From positions 143,460 to 207,459 of the forward strand of contig JACOQA010000003.1 in assembly GCA_014297435.1 (NCBI GenBank): a DNA stretch of 64,000 bases, written 5' to 3'. Under the pieces are notes generated by a model that worked only from the letters and a program-made list of their open reading frames with translations, ran no database searches and was not told the DNA's origin. Shown piece by piece: positions 38,393-48,270 of this stretch. Numbering within the stretch: position 1 is the stretch's first letter; each line of letters starts with the position of its first letter. A program made the position numbers and the translations under genes. The DNA comes from Candidatus Nanohaloarchaea archaeon. GTDB lineage: Archaea; Nanohalarchaeota; Nanosalinia; Nanosalinales; Nanosalinaceae.

Positions 38393-38790
38393 ATTTCTGA
38401 CCTGATCTCTTCTGCTAATTTCTCTCCACTCTTTAGTTCAGTTCTATCATACTCAATTTCAATCTCTTCGCCAGTGTATCTTGGAGTTATATGGAAGTGC
38501 ATATGCATGACTTCCTGTCCAGCAACCTCCCCATTATTTTGCTCGACGTTTACACCTTCCGCGTTGAATGCATCTTTTACAGCGGTCGAAACTTTCACTA
38601 TACCGTTCCACATGTAGTCCATGTCGTGGGCTTCATGTATGGTTTCAACGTGTTTCTTTGGTACAACCAATGCATGACCTTTTGAAACCGGTTCTGCGTC
38701 AAGGAATGCGATTAGGTCGTCTGTCTCGTAAATCTTGTGCGAAGGTAGGTCTCCTTCGATTATTTTACAGAAAACACAGTCATCATTCAT
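38389..38790 (-). CDS. HIT family nucleotide hydrolase
   Basis: CVFCKI, GHALVVPK.H, HMHFH. Confidence 0.95.
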   Translation of the reverse strand: MNDDCVFCKIIEGDLPSHKIYETDDLIAFLDAEPVSKGHALVVPKKHVETIHEAHDMDYMWNGIVKVSTAVKDAFNAEGVNVEQNNGEVAGQEVMHMHFHITPRYTGEEIEIEYDRTELKSGEKLAEEIRSEI

Positions 38791-38879
38791 GTAAAAACTG
38801 TTTATCTTCCAACTCTAAATAGTTGAATTCCAGAGCTTGACCACGTTTAAAAGTGTTGTACCCCCCTGTAAAGTTATAG

Positions 38880-38954
38880 GCGGCCGTGGTGTAGTCTGGC
38901 CAATCATTTCGGCCTTTCGAGCCGATGACCCGGGTTCAAATCCCGGCGGCCGCA
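38880..38954 (+). tRNA. tRNA-Glu(TTC)
   Basis: Anticodon arm TCGGC-CT-TTC-GA-GCCGA; acceptor GCGGCCG/CGGCCGC. Confidence 0.95.
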
Positions 38955-38989
38955 TATCCTTTATCGTTTCTATAAAATCTAAGTAAAAT

Positions 38990-39472
38990 ATGGTCGAACC
39001 TCTTTCAGTAGCACTCGGAGCAGTTATCAAGGAAGGAAAAGTTCTTCTTGTCAAAAGAGAATCTAACAACTTCAAGAACCTTTACGGTTTTCCAGGCGGC
39101 AAAATAGAGGGCGAGGAGCATATCCGCGATGCGTTAAAAAGAGAAATTGAAGAGGAAACAGGCTTTGAAACAAGTCTTAAACGTCACTTAGGGACCGTGT
39201 CGGAAAAGATAGAGAATCCTGAAAGCCATTCTCCAGTATTATTACATTTCTTCGAGATGAAAATTGAAAGAAAAAGTTCTGAATCGGAAATGGAGACAAG
39301 TTGGTTTGAACTTGAAACAATATCACAAAATGAGAACTCTATTATCCCCAGCGGCTCTCAGATGATACAGGAAATTGTTAAGAATGGAAAAAGAGGCTAT
39401 TTCGAGAGCAACATAGTTAAGAAAAGCAAAAAAGCTTATTTAGATAGATTCGACAAAATAGGAAAGAATTAG
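38990..39472 (+). CDS. NUDIX hydrolase
   Basis: PGGKIEGEEHIRDALKREIEEETG. Confidence 0.92.
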   Translation: MVEPLSVALGAVIKEGKVLLVKRESNNFKNLYGFPGGKIEGEEHIRDALKREIEEETGFETSLKRHLGTVSEKIENPESHSPVLLHFFEMKIERKSSESEMETSWFELETISQNENSIIPSGSQMIQEIVKNGKRGYFESNIVKKSKKAYLDRFDKIGKN

Positions 39473-40071
39473 TGGATGTCGTGACCTCTTTCCCGGTCAC
39501 GCTGCCTAAGTGCCTCGTCCACTGATTTATCTTCGTGCTCTTCCGCCGAGTCAATTATGTCGCGTACTCTTTCGTTTCCAGAGTATTCGGGTCTTAGGTC
39601 GCCTCTAAACAGGTCTTCGAGGTCGTCCCATTTCTCCTTGTGGATCATCTCCTGTACATCCTCTCTTTTCAGCATGTCTACAACCTCTTCCCGATCCATC
39701 TCTTCTAGGTCCTGAACGATTCCTTGGTCCTCCATAAGGTTCTGTTTCCTTTTTACAGCGATCAGTCCGTTTACTACTCTGAGTGCGTCCATCATCTGGG
39801 CGTGTTCGTTGTGGTAGATCGCCATCTCGTCTTCAATAGATGCAATCTCTTCGGCCAGTTCTTCTTCAAGAAGATCGTCGTCCGTCCCTCTTAATCTTTC
39901 GAATTTTCTTCTTCTTTTCTCAGCCAGACCTTCATGCTTGTCTCTTTTTAGTTCCATGTCGGCACGGATCTCTGATTTTTCTTCCATAAGTTCGTCGAGA
40001 TCCATGTGCTCGATTTTTACAGCATCATCCTGCGTAAATCTGTCGATTATACCGCTTAATACAGCTACCAT
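39469..40071 (-). CDS. All-helical protein, possibly ESCRT-III/PspA-like
   Basis: N-terminal amphipathic LSGIIDRF, long helical hairpin, short C-terminal helices. Confidence 0.5.
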   Translation of the reverse strand: MVAVLSGIIDRFTQDDAVKIEHMDLDELMEEKSEIRADMELKRDKHEGLAEKRRRKFERLRGTDDDLLEEELAEEIASIEDEMAIYHNEHAQMMDALRVVNGLIAVKRKQNLMEDQGIVQDLEEMDREEVVDMLKREDVQEMIHKEKWDDLEDLFRGDLRPEYSGNERVRDIIDSAEEHEDKSVDEALRQRDRERGHDIH

Positions 40072-40103
40072 ATACCAATATTGAATATTTTGAACTAAAT
40101 AGG

Positions 40104-40415
40104 TTAACTATAGTTCTGCCTGAAAGCATTCCAGCGATACCTGAGGGTCTTGAAACATTCCTTCGCGGGATCACCCTGCTCAAAGAACATCCTCTTCCAA
40201 CCACTCTCCGTCTCAACCTTTATGTTGGGAAACATGGACTCAGGCTGGAATTCCAACGATTCAATCTTCGAGAAATGTAGTTTGTCCACAAGTTCATCAG
40301 AATCGAAGTTCTCTTCTATACGTTCCCAGTCCTGATTCTGATTCCTGTCTCTTTCGACATGTTCGGTCGAGACTGCTACCTCTCCAAGCTCGGAGTCGAA
40401 CTCATCATGCTCCAT
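40104..40415 (-). CDS. Hypothetical protein (PH-like fold possible)
   Basis: Beta-rich core with terminal helix; ATG at 40415 preferred. Confidence 0.6.
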   Translation of the reverse strand: MEHDEFDSELGEVAVSTEHVERDRNQNQDWERIEENFDSDELVDKLHFSKIESLEFQPESMFPNIKVETESGWKRMFFEQGDPAKECFKTLRYRWNAFRQNYS

Positions 40416-40456
40416 AACAGTATTTTTGAAACAATTACTTTTCAACTGTACGCCAA

Positions 40457-41155
40457 TTATTCTCCTTCGTAACTCCCTTCCTGTCTACGGAAAGGTTCCT
40501 CGTCCATCTCCTCTCTTACATGTGCAACTATTCCAGGAGTTCTCGCGATAATAAAGATTCCTTTTCCAAGCCTCCAATCCCAGCCGATCTCAGACATGAC
40601 AGCGGCTATAGCGCCGTCCACATTCAGAACCAGGTCGACCTTTTTGTCTGCAAGCTCTTGCTTCAATTCCAGCATATTCTCAATACTTTCGCCGTCAAAA
40701 CCGTTTTCACGTGCTTTCTCCAGTATTTTCTGGGCTCTCGGATCTTCTTCCTCGTAGACCTTGTGTCCTAAGCCAGGAACTCTTTCACCCTCTTCAAGCT
40801 TTTCCTCAACTATTTTTTCCGCAGACTTCGAAGACTGAACCAGTTTCATCGCCTCCTCGATCGCCCCGCCATGAGAGTCGCCTAAAGCAAGTATTCCGGC
40901 AGCTACCGAAGCATTCATCGAGTTCCCGCCGCTCTGAACCGTTCTAGCTGAAACAGTTGAAGGATTTCCAACACCATGGTCGATTGAGCTTGAAAGGACT
41001 GTATTGAATACTTCAGATTCCTCATCTGTAGGCCTCTCACCTTTCAGTATCAGGTAAATTGCATCGGAGAAACCCATCTCCATGACCTCCTCGAGTTTCT
41101 TTCCTCTTACTACAGCTTCTTCTCCCGACGATGAGATTTCTGTCTCCCAGTCCAT
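40457..41155 (-). CDS. Citryl-CoA lyase (citrate synthase family)
   Basis: IDHG...PS, HGGA.E, PGLGHK...DPR, NVDG, ARTPG..AH. Confidence 0.9.
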   Translation of the reverse strand: MDWETEISSSGEEAVVRGKKLEEVMEMGFSDAIYLILKGERPTDEESEVFNTVLSSSIDHGVGNPSTVSARTVQSGGNSMNASVAAGILALGDSHGGAIEEAMKLVQSSKSAEKIVEEKLEEGERVPGLGHKVYEEEDPRAQKILEKARENGFDGESIENMLELKQELADKKVDLVLNVDGAIAAVMSEIGWDWRLGKGIFIIARTPGIVAHVREEMDEEPFRRQEGSYEGE

Positions 41156-41206
41156 ACATAGTATTCAAAGCCATCAAAATAAATGAGTAGGGACGAAAAC
41201 ACGCTC

Positions 41207-41782
41207 ATGAAACTGAAACTTGTACTAGCTCTGGCGGTAGTTGCCTCCGGATGTATAGGATCAACGACATATACTTCGGAACAGGCATCAAACGCATTAC
41301 CTGAACTAGAAGACTTGAGATCATCAAGTTTCCACAGCCAGCTCGAAGATGGAAACCAGTACTCCTTAACTACGAATAATCAGGAAGAAAGAAAGACTGT
41401 CGAGAAAGAGAATCATACGATGTTCACAAGGCAGTTCATGATAATGCCAGAGAGCTCAAATATCCCTGTTGTAGAAAGTTCTGCACCTATAATTATCATA
41501 GGAAGCGTATACCATTTTAACGATACAAGCTCAGCAAAGCAGAACTACGACAAAGCAGTCTTCCAGAAGAAGGATGTTATTGCAGACGAAATCTGGCAGA
41601 TAGAAAACAGGAGCTTCGGACGCGTGGCCAAGATAAATGTTTCTTCAGGGTCCAAGCTTACTGAGGTAACCTCTAGGGAACAAAACGTTTACCTACAAGC
41701 AAGTACCGCCAATATCGAAGAATTCAAGGTTGATGAAGCCCGTGAAATCCTCAAGAGAATGCGGGAGAAACTGAAATCATAG
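41207..41782 (+). CDS. Hypothetical lipoprotein
   Basis: Lipobox VASGC. Confidence 0.75.
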   Translation: MKLKLVLALAVVASGCIGSTTYTSEQASNALPELEDLRSSSFHSQLEDGNQYSLTTNNQEERKTVEKENHTMFTRQFMIMPESSNIPVVESSAPIIIIGSVYHFNDTSSAKQNYDKAVFQKKDVIADEIWQIENRSFGRVAKINVSSGSKLTEVTSREQNVYLQASTANIEEFKVDEAREILKRMREKLKS

Positions 41783-42667
41783 GATCTGCTTAAGTCTGTT
41801 CCCTATCTCGTGGTGTACCTCAACTACTTCCGCACCTGCATCTCTCAAGGCTTTCTTCTTCCCGGAAGGCGTTCCCCTGTCACCTCTTATTATTGCTCCT
41901 GCGTGGCCGTACTTCTTTTCCGGCATCGACTCCGTAAACTGTCCGGCAATAAAACCGACTAAAGGCTTCGAGAAACCACCTTTTCTGACCAGTTCGGCAG
42001 CTTTCTCCTCGTAAGTTCCGCCAAGCTCGCCGTACATCACTACTGCATCGGTCTGACTGTCCTCTTCGAACATTTCAAGAGCTTCACTGTAGCTTGTGCC
42101 ACAGAGAACATCACCGCCTATCGCCACGGCAGTAGAAACCCCGAAACCGGCCTGTCTCAAGACCCATGCTGTCTCTGTAGTCATACCGCCGCTTTTGGAG
42201 ACTAAACCGATTCTGCCTTTCTTGAAAACTTTTTCAGGGTTTGATCCTCCGATAGGTCCGATCTTGGTCTTTCCAGGAGATATTATGCCGACAGATGTAG
42301 GTCCGACCACGCGAACATTATTTCTTGAAGCCTTTCTGTAGATTTCGTAGGAGTCCTTTGTTGGAATCCTTTCTGTAACGATATTCAGGAGCTCTAAGCC
42401 GTTTTCGATAGCTTCGAAAGCTGCATCCTTAGCGGCAAAAGGCGGAACATAGATTAGAGAGGTATTGATCTCCGGGTGGTTTTCAAGAGCTTGTTTTACA
42501 GTATTATAGACCGGGACTCCAGCCGCTTCCTCACCTTTCTTTCCCGGAGTGACTCCTGCCACCACCTCAGTTCCGTACTCTATCATCTCTGGAACTTTCT
42601 CGGATGCTTCTCTACCCGTAATTCCCTGGACAAGAACTTTGGTATCTTCATCTACTAGTATAGACAT
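41777..42667 (-). CDS. CoA-binding alpha subunit of citryl-CoA synthetase/ATP-citrate lyase (SucD family)
   Basis: VQGITG, SKSGGM, GGD, YGHAGA phospho-His. Confidence 0.88.
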   Translation of the reverse strand: MSILVDEDTKVLVQGITGREASEKVPEMIEYGTEVVAGVTPGKKGEEAAGVPVYNTVKQALENHPEINTSLIYVPPFAAKDAAFEAIENGLELLNIVTERIPTKDSYEIYRKASRNNVRVVGPTSVGIISPGKTKIGPIGGSNPEKVFKKGRIGLVSKSGGMTTETAWVLRQAGFGVSTAVAIGGDVLCGTSYSEALEMFEEDSQTDAVVMYGELGGTYEEKAAELVRKGGFSKPLVGFIAGQFTESMPEKKYGHAGAIIRGDRGTPSGKKKALRDAGAEVVEVHHEIGNRLKQIL

Positions 42668-43292
42668 TTCTATTCACCTTCTCCGCTATTCTTTGGACCT
42701 CGAGACCCCCAATTTTCTCGTAATCTTCGTTCTTTCCGAATACTTTGTACTGCTCTACAAGAACAAAGCTCATTCCGACTTTGCGGCACGCCGGATCTCT
42801 TTCTAGGTTGTTCCCGAAGTAGACAAACTTACCTGGTCCGGAATCTCTTTTTTCGACAAAAGCCTCAAAGATCTCGGTTTCAGGCTTCTCCACACCAACT
42901 TCTTCAGATACAACCAGTCCTTTGTATGGAACTTCGTGAGATTCGAGTTGATCTCTGAACCATTCTTTGCCTTTCTGCGAGTTGTCGCTGATAAAACCAA
43001 TTTTACCGAACTTTTCCGAGCATTTTCTAAGGAACTTGAAGACACCTTTCTTCTCCATAAAATGCTTCTCTCTTTCTTCATACCTCTTAACGACTTCTTC
43101 AGGGTCGGTGCCGCTTAAACCGTGTTTTTCCATGTATCTCTCGACGTGAGACGGATTGTATATTCTGAAATTGTTTACATTGAAATGTGGAACCTCTTCG
43201 CCGTTCTCCCTGAAAACATCATCAATTAACTCATTCTGGAGTTTTGATGAAGGTATCAATGTATCTCCAATATCGAAGACTGGTGTTTTCAT
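42648..43292 (-). CDS. HAD-superfamily hydrolase
   Basis: FDIGDTL, ISD, EKP...IF, YFGNN..RD. Confidence 0.85.
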   Translation of the reverse strand: MKTPVFDIGDTLIPSSKLQNELIDDVFRENGEEVPHFNVNNFRIYNPSHVERYMEKHGLSGTDPEEVVKRYEEREKHFMEKKGVFKFLRKCSEKFGKIGFISDNSQKGKEWFRDQLESHEVPYKGLVVSEEVGVEKPETEIFEAFVEKRDSGPGKFVYFGNNLERDPACRKVGMSFVLVEQYKVFGKNEDYEKIGGLEVQRIAEKVNRNVYTSR

Positions 43293-44401
43293 TCCCCAAC
43301 CATCTCCATCAAAGTCTCCGCAGTTTTAGTCATCGGAGTATCGTTCCTAAACAGCTTCATATTCAGTCCTAACTCTTCTCTTGTTTCTCTCAGGAGTTCG
43401 AAGGCTTCATCGGCTTGAGGACCATCACGCCTTACCACAATCGGGTAATCCGGTTTTTCCTCTCTAACAGCTTTGCAGAAACCTTTCATTGTCCTTAATA
43501 TGTTTGTATTATTCGCCGTCCCTCCAACATGCCAGAGACCGTTGAGATCTTTCGACATTACAATTTTTGAAAGCCTGTAAACTTTTTCTGAAGGAGGATT
43601 TCCACCGTACTCAGTGTAGTTCGCCGGAGAACCGCCGTATTCGATCAGTGCATCCATGTTAGTAAGTGAGGCGCCGCCACCACACAAAAGCATTCCTATA
43701 TTCCCTTCCAGCTCTGTATATTTTCCTGCTATCCCTCTGTGATCATTTTCATCTATCTTCTTCGCTTTCTTCTCTCTTTCAGTCTTCTTCCTTCCCATGT
43801 CAGACCGGTCTGGAAAGCTTCTTTCTCTCCTGTAGCCGGCATCGTCATCAAGATCAATCATAGCATCGAGCACGACTAGACCTTCTCCAGTTTTGGCTAG
43901 CGGGTTGATTTCGATCATCCTGGCATCTTGCTCGAGAAATGCTTTGTAGATCTTTGAGAGCGTTGAACCTAGCTCCACAATATCTTCTAGTGCCGTATTT
44001 TCTCCGATAAACTGTCTGAATTCGTGGGGCATACCTTCTTCGATAACAAGTTTTTCGACCTCTCTATCCTCGATACCTGAGCCTCCGGAGTCGGAGAAAA
44101 GCATTACCGGAGATCTTGTATCCGTATCGTAGAGAAAAGCTACGTAGTATTCTTTAGAAAAATCTAATTTGTTTTCAATAAGCACTTCTTCTACTTTCTG
44201 GTCGTTAACCTTGTTCCCTTCCATTTCTTCGGCGATATTTTCTGCTTTTTCCCGCGTATCAGCGAAACGGATACCGCCATCATCTTTCCTGTCCTTCGCA
44301 AGCACCTGAGCCTTTACAACAAACTCTCCGCTCTTTTTCCCCGGAGTTCTGAGACCGTAGTCTTCAAGAACTTTTTTGGCCTCGTGCTCGTAAAGCTTCA
44401 C
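43289..44401 (-). CDS. ATP-grasp beta subunit with citrate-binding domain (AclB/citryl-CoA synthetase large subunit)
   Basis: KLYEHEAK start (GTG 44401), EINPL, GGGASL, ANYTEYGGNP, GGTANNT, VRRDGP. Confidence 0.87.
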   Translation of the reverse strand: MKLYEHEAKKVLEDYGLRTPGKKSGEFVVKAQVLAKDRKDDGGIRFADTREKAENIAEEMEGNKVNDQKVEEVLIENKLDFSKEYYVAFLYDTDTRSPVMLFSDSGGSGIEDREVEKLVIEEGMPHEFRQFIGENTALEDIVELGSTLSKIYKAFLEQDARMIEINPLAKTGEGLVVLDAMIDLDDDAGYRRERSFPDRSDMGRKKTEREKKAKKIDENDHRGIAGKYTELEGNIGMLLCGGGASLTNMDALIEYGGSPANYTEYGGNPPSEKVYRLSKIVMSKDLNGLWHVGGTANNTNILRTMKGFCKAVREEKPDYPIVVRRDGPQADEAFELLRETREELGLNMKLFRNDTPMTKTAETLMEMVGE

Positions 44402-44485
44402 AGCCCAAGGATTATCGGAGAGGTTTAAACCTTTGACCCAGAGAAAAGCAACAGGTTCTAAACTCCCCTCCCACAAAGATTCAGT

Positions 44486-45004
44486 ATGGTATATACGGGA
44501 CGAGGTGACAGGGGTAGAACAGATCTATCATCTGGTGAAAGGGTTTCGAAAAGTTCGGAGAGAATACAGGCATACGGTACTGTTGACGAGCTAAATTCGT
44601 TAGTAGGTCTATGCAGATCCTATACAGAAGACAAAAAGGAAGATCTTGAAGAGGTGCAGAACGAACTACACATACTTCAAGCCGAGTTAGCTAACCGTGA
44701 ACCCGATACTAAAGTGACTGAAGAGAATACGGAAAGGCTTGAACAGCTCTGTGATACCTATCAAAACGAATGCCCTCCTTTGAGAGATTTTGTTCTTGCA
44801 GGAGGAGCCAAGAGCGCCGCACACTTACATCATGCAAGAAGTGTAGCTCGTAGGGCTGAAAGAAAGATTGTTCGGTTAGATCAAGACGAACAGCTTAGAG
44901 AAGAAGTTCTGGCTTACATAAACCGTTTAAGCGATCTCTTCTTCCTTATGGCAAGACATGAAAACGCTCTAAAAGATGTTGAAGAGAAAAACCCTAATTA
45001 TTGA
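44486..45004 (+). CDS. pduO: ATP:cob(I)alamin adenosyltransferase, PduO type
   Basis: YTGRGDRG.T, AYGTVDELNS, ARRAER, NRLSD. Confidence 0.93.
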   Translation: MVYTGRGDRGRTDLSSGERVSKSSERIQAYGTVDELNSLVGLCRSYTEDKKEDLEEVQNELHILQAELANREPDTKVTEENTERLEQLCDTYQNECPPLRDFVLAGGAKSAAHLHHARSVARRAERKIVRLDQDEQLREEVLAYINRLSDLFFLMARHENALKDVEEKNPNY

Positions 45005-45049
45005 TTTGGACTCTATCCTTGAAAGGGGGGATTCCAGAGGAGGACTTAG

Positions 45050-45664
45050 TCAAGAAGTCATAATTTGACTTGCTGCCTCCAACTCGTATTCGAATATGCC
45101 GTGTTTCGAACCTTCGAAAATCTTCTTGTCGACATCGGCGTTAAGATCTCTGAAAACCTCTTCTGTCTTTTCAACACGCTCCAAAGGGATGTGTGGATCG
45201 TTTTCGCTACAACCGATGAAAATGGAGATTTCCTCTAGATCGCCCTCAAACTCTCTTACCCCTTCACCTATCAGACCGCCGCTCAGAACTATCAAACCTC
45301 CGTAACTAGCAGGGTTTGATGCCACATATTCTGATGCGAGACACCCTCCCTGTGAGAAACCGAGCAGGTAGACGTTATCCTTTCCTACATGACTGGACGC
45401 CTTCTCGACAAGCGAATGAACCTTTCTTAGAGCCGAATCCAAGTCCGGCTGATTTTGTTCACGCGGTTCTAGAAAACCTCTTGGGTACCATTTACGGTTT
45501 GCTGCCTGTGGCGCTAGGTAAGCTGCTTCCGGAAGCTGTTTCTCCAAACGCATTATGCCGTGAGCGGTCGCTCCACGCCCATGAAGCATTATCACTACTT
45601 TATCCGCATCTTCAAGCTCGGAGCCTGAATCCAAAACTTCTGTATCTTGATGTATGTCTTTCAT
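45050..45664 (-). CDS. Phospholipase/carboxylesterase (MhqD-like)
   Basis: LHGRG, GFSQG, DPHIP, terminal H. Confidence 0.9.
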   Translation of the reverse strand: MKDIHQDTEVLDSGSELEDADKVVIMLHGRGATAHGIMRLEKQLPEAAYLAPQAANRKWYPRGFLEPREQNQPDLDSALRKVHSLVEKASSHVGKDNVYLLGFSQGGCLASEYVASNPASYGGLIVLSGGLIGEGVREFEGDLEEISIFIGCSENDPHIPLERVEKTEEVFRDLNADVDKKIFEGSKHGIFEYELEAASQIMTS

Positions 45665-46572
45665 TTAATTTCCTCCTCTTTGAACTCTGGAAGGCTTTCA
45701 AGTATTTCCTCTCTCCTGCCCTGGAGATTTTCCGGGAGCACAAAGCTTGTTCCAAGCTCCTCTACAGATTCATCAGCAGTATAGCCTGGTCCCATACTTG
45801 AGAATTCGAATAGAATCCCTACCGAAGTTCGGGCATAAGTAGAGGTAAAGTACTTCCTTGAGATCGCTGGCGAAGGTCTTAAACCCAAGGATTTCAGTTT
45901 TTCTCTCATTTTCTCTACATCCTCTTCCTCTCCTGCTTTGAAAGCAACGTGGTGAACCGAACCTGTGCCCATAACTCCGCGGCTGGAGGTTTCCTCAACT
46001 TTTACGCCAGAACCATCTTCCATTCTGTAGAAACCGTCCTCTTGGCTTTTCATACCAAGCTCCTCGATTAACGGCGTAATATCGTCTTTTTCATTAACTG
46101 ATAGTGTGATATGAGACATTCCTCTTATCTGGTGTTTTTCTGGGACTTCGCTTCCGTCCCAAGACTTGAATTTATCGTTTCTCTGCACTAATCTTATCTT
46201 CAGACCATCCGGATCGTTAAAGACAAGTGTTTCCTCTTCATGCCAGGTTTCCTCATTGAAATCAATCTCTTCTGTTTCCAGTCTTTCTTTCCAGTAATCT
46301 ATCGATCCTTCAGATATGCTGAGACCTAGTTCTGTCACCATTCCTGCTCCTGCTTTGCCTTCTCTATCGGTCATACCCGGGAAGAATGTTATGCTGCTGC
46401 CGGGCGTTCCCTCACCATCCCCGTAGAAGAGGTGGTATACGTCCGGTGCATCGTGATTGACTGTTTTCTTCACCATTCTCATTCCCAGTACGTTTACGTA
46501 AAATTTGGCGTTTTCCGTAGGTTTTCCGGCTATAGCCGTGAAATGGTGCAGACCTTTAACCTCAGGAGTCAT
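45661..46572 (-). CDS. Ring-cleaving dioxygenase, VOC family (MhqO/A-like)
   Basis: GLHH.TAI, VKKTVNHD...YHLFYGD, G.VHHVAF. Confidence 0.93.
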   Translation of the reverse strand: MTPEVKGLHHFTAIAGKPTENAKFYVNVLGMRMVKKTVNHDAPDVYHLFYGDGEGTPGSSITFFPGMTDREGKAGAGMVTELGLSISEGSIDYWKERLETEEIDFNEETWHEEETLVFNDPDGLKIRLVQRNDKFKSWDGSEVPEKHQIRGMSHITLSVNEKDDITPLIEELGMKSQEDGFYRMEDGSGVKVEETSSRGVMGTGSVHHVAFKAGEEEDVEKMREKLKSLGLRPSPAISRKYFTSTYARTSVGILFEFSSMGPGYTADESVEELGTSFVLPENLQGRREEILESLPEFKEEEIK

Positions 46573-46675
46573 ACCTATTAATGTCTGAGTTAACCGGTTT
46601 ATACTCCGTGGCTACCTAGCTGTAACCCCTCTGACAAGCGTTAAGTAGGAACAAGTTGAACAGTTGTACAGAAGC

Positions 46676-47416
46676 ATGGAATGGCGATATATTCCGTTTA
46701 AGCATTACGAACCAGGCTTCAAGACAGGGCTTAACTCAGCTGCTATAGAGTCTGTATCGGAGACAGGTCAGCCTATTATCTTTTTGGCAGGCTGGAGCCC
46801 TGGTTGCGTTAACATAGGCTACTCGCAGGAAGTAGAGGAAGAAATTGATAAAGAAGAGTTCGAGAAACGGGATCTTGAACTAGTTAGGCGTCAAGGAGGG
46901 GGAGGAACCACGTATCTGACCGAAGAAGGAGAGATAACCTGGCATATAATCGTACCTAAGGACTACTTTCCGGGCGACGTTAACAGGATATACGAAAAAG
47001 TATGTGGAGAGATAGCTGAAGCTCTCGAAGCTTTAGGTATTGAGGCAGAGCATGAACCGATTAATGATGTTGTTTCTGAGAAAGGCAAGCTTTCAGGAGC
47101 TACACTCAAACAAGAAAAAGGAGTTATATACGTGGCAGGCACTCTAATCTACGAGACTGACCCAGAAGAAATGTTCACAGTTTTAACACCTAATGAGGAC
47201 AAGAAGAAGGACAAACAGATAGAGGAGTTTGAGGAAAGGGTTTCCTCGGTTTCTAAGGAATCAGATGCTTCTTTTGACGATACTAGACAGGCTTTGAAGC
47301 AGAAGCTGCTGGAAGATAAGAACTGGACCGAGTCTTCTTGGAAGGAAACAGAAAGAAAGAGTGCGGAAAAGCTGGCCGATAAATATTCTTCGGAAGAATG
47401 GATTTACAGAGAATGA
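46676..47416 (+). CDS. lplA: Lipoate-protein ligase A family protein
   Basis: IGYSQ, VRRQGGGG, PINDV...GKLSG. Confidence 0.88.
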   Translation: MEWRYIPFKHYEPGFKTGLNSAAIESVSETGQPIIFLAGWSPGCVNIGYSQEVEEEIDKEEFEKRDLELVRRQGGGGTTYLTEEGEITWHIIVPKDYFPGDVNRIYEKVCGEIAEALEALGIEAEHEPINDVVSEKGKLSGATLKQEKGVIYVAGTLIYETDPEEMFTVLTPNEDKKKDKQIEEFEERVSSVSKESDASFDDTRQALKQKLLEDKNWTESSWKETERKSAEKLADKYSSEEWIYRE

Positions 47417-48216
47417 CTGAAAACTACAGAGTCCATCAAGAGGAACAGGGGCAGACCGCAGGCATTGTCCTTGAGACAGCGGAAAGAGCTCTTGAGACGG
47501 AAGGATACTTCAGATCTTCTATAGTACATGATGAACCCGCACACTGGAACCTGAGCTATGTAAGCCAGCCAATACCCAGGGTACCGGAAGAACGGCAGGA
47601 AAGAAGGCTTTCTGGTGGGGGTGAACTACTTCATGAGAACAGTCTCTGCGCTATGAAGGCTATCGAGACACCTTCTTCGAAACAGAGGGTTGATTACGAG
47701 AGAAACTCTTTCGCAGCAGAATTTCTCGAAGCCCTAGAACAAGCAGGTGAATACGAAAAGACAGGCGTTCTTGTTGATGGAGAAGTGAAAGGCGTGGATG
47801 CCTCGGATACTGTAGCTTATTTTGCGCCCAAGGAAGGCGATATCTATGTAAGTCAAAACGGTGAACCCAACCCTTTAACAGATCCGCAGCTTGTAGGTCT
47901 CGGACTACCAGATATAGATCTCAAGGATGGAAACGTAGTGGTTGGGCGTGCATGCATGTATGAGGATCTTCCAGAGTCCCGACACCTTTACCCAGAAAAT
48001 GTGAGGAACTTCAAGGACTGGGAAAGCTATCTTGATGGTATTGAACCTGTGGAGAATTCAAGAGAAGTGCTTGAACTTCTTGAAGGAACTGATTCAACAA
48101 CTCTGAAAGCTGAAGAGTTTGCCGAATATTCGATTTTGCGGGCTGAGAGGTTGATGGAGCAGAGAGAAGAAGAGTTGAGGAACGGTAAAGGAAGACCGGC
48201 ATACCCTTGCTTCTAG
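47413..48216 (+). CDS. Degenerate LplA/BPL-fold paralogue
   Basis: RRLSGGGELLH motif; DIDLKDGNVVVG lacks the conserved Lys; ATGA overlap with lplA. Confidence 0.55.
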   Translation: MTENYRVHQEEQGQTAGIVLETAERALETEGYFRSSIVHDEPAHWNLSYVSQPIPRVPEERQERRLSGGGELLHENSLCAMKAIETPSSKQRVDYERNSFAAEFLEALEQAGEYEKTGVLVDGEVKGVDASDTVAYFAPKEGDIYVSQNGEPNPLTDPQLVGLGLPDIDLKDGNVVVGRACMYEDLPESRHLYPENVRNFKDWESYLDGIEPVENSREVLELLEGTDSTTLKAEEFAEYSILRAERLMEQREEELRNGKGRPAYPCF

Positions 48217-48270
48217 ACATACCAGTTAAAAAACTGAAGCCTGAACTCTATTTCACACAGTTACCTTTTT

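Noticed and set aside
41777-44401. Succinyl-CoA synthetase sucCD call
   Set aside because: The beta subunit has citrate-binding ACL motifs and a citryl-CoA lyase gene lies nearby.
46610-46627. GGCTAC-CTAGCT-GTAACC as an eighth regulon site
   Set aside because: Similar dyad but with different outer bases and far from either start codon (upstream of the dioxygenase TATA); it may belong to another regulator, so it was not counted.
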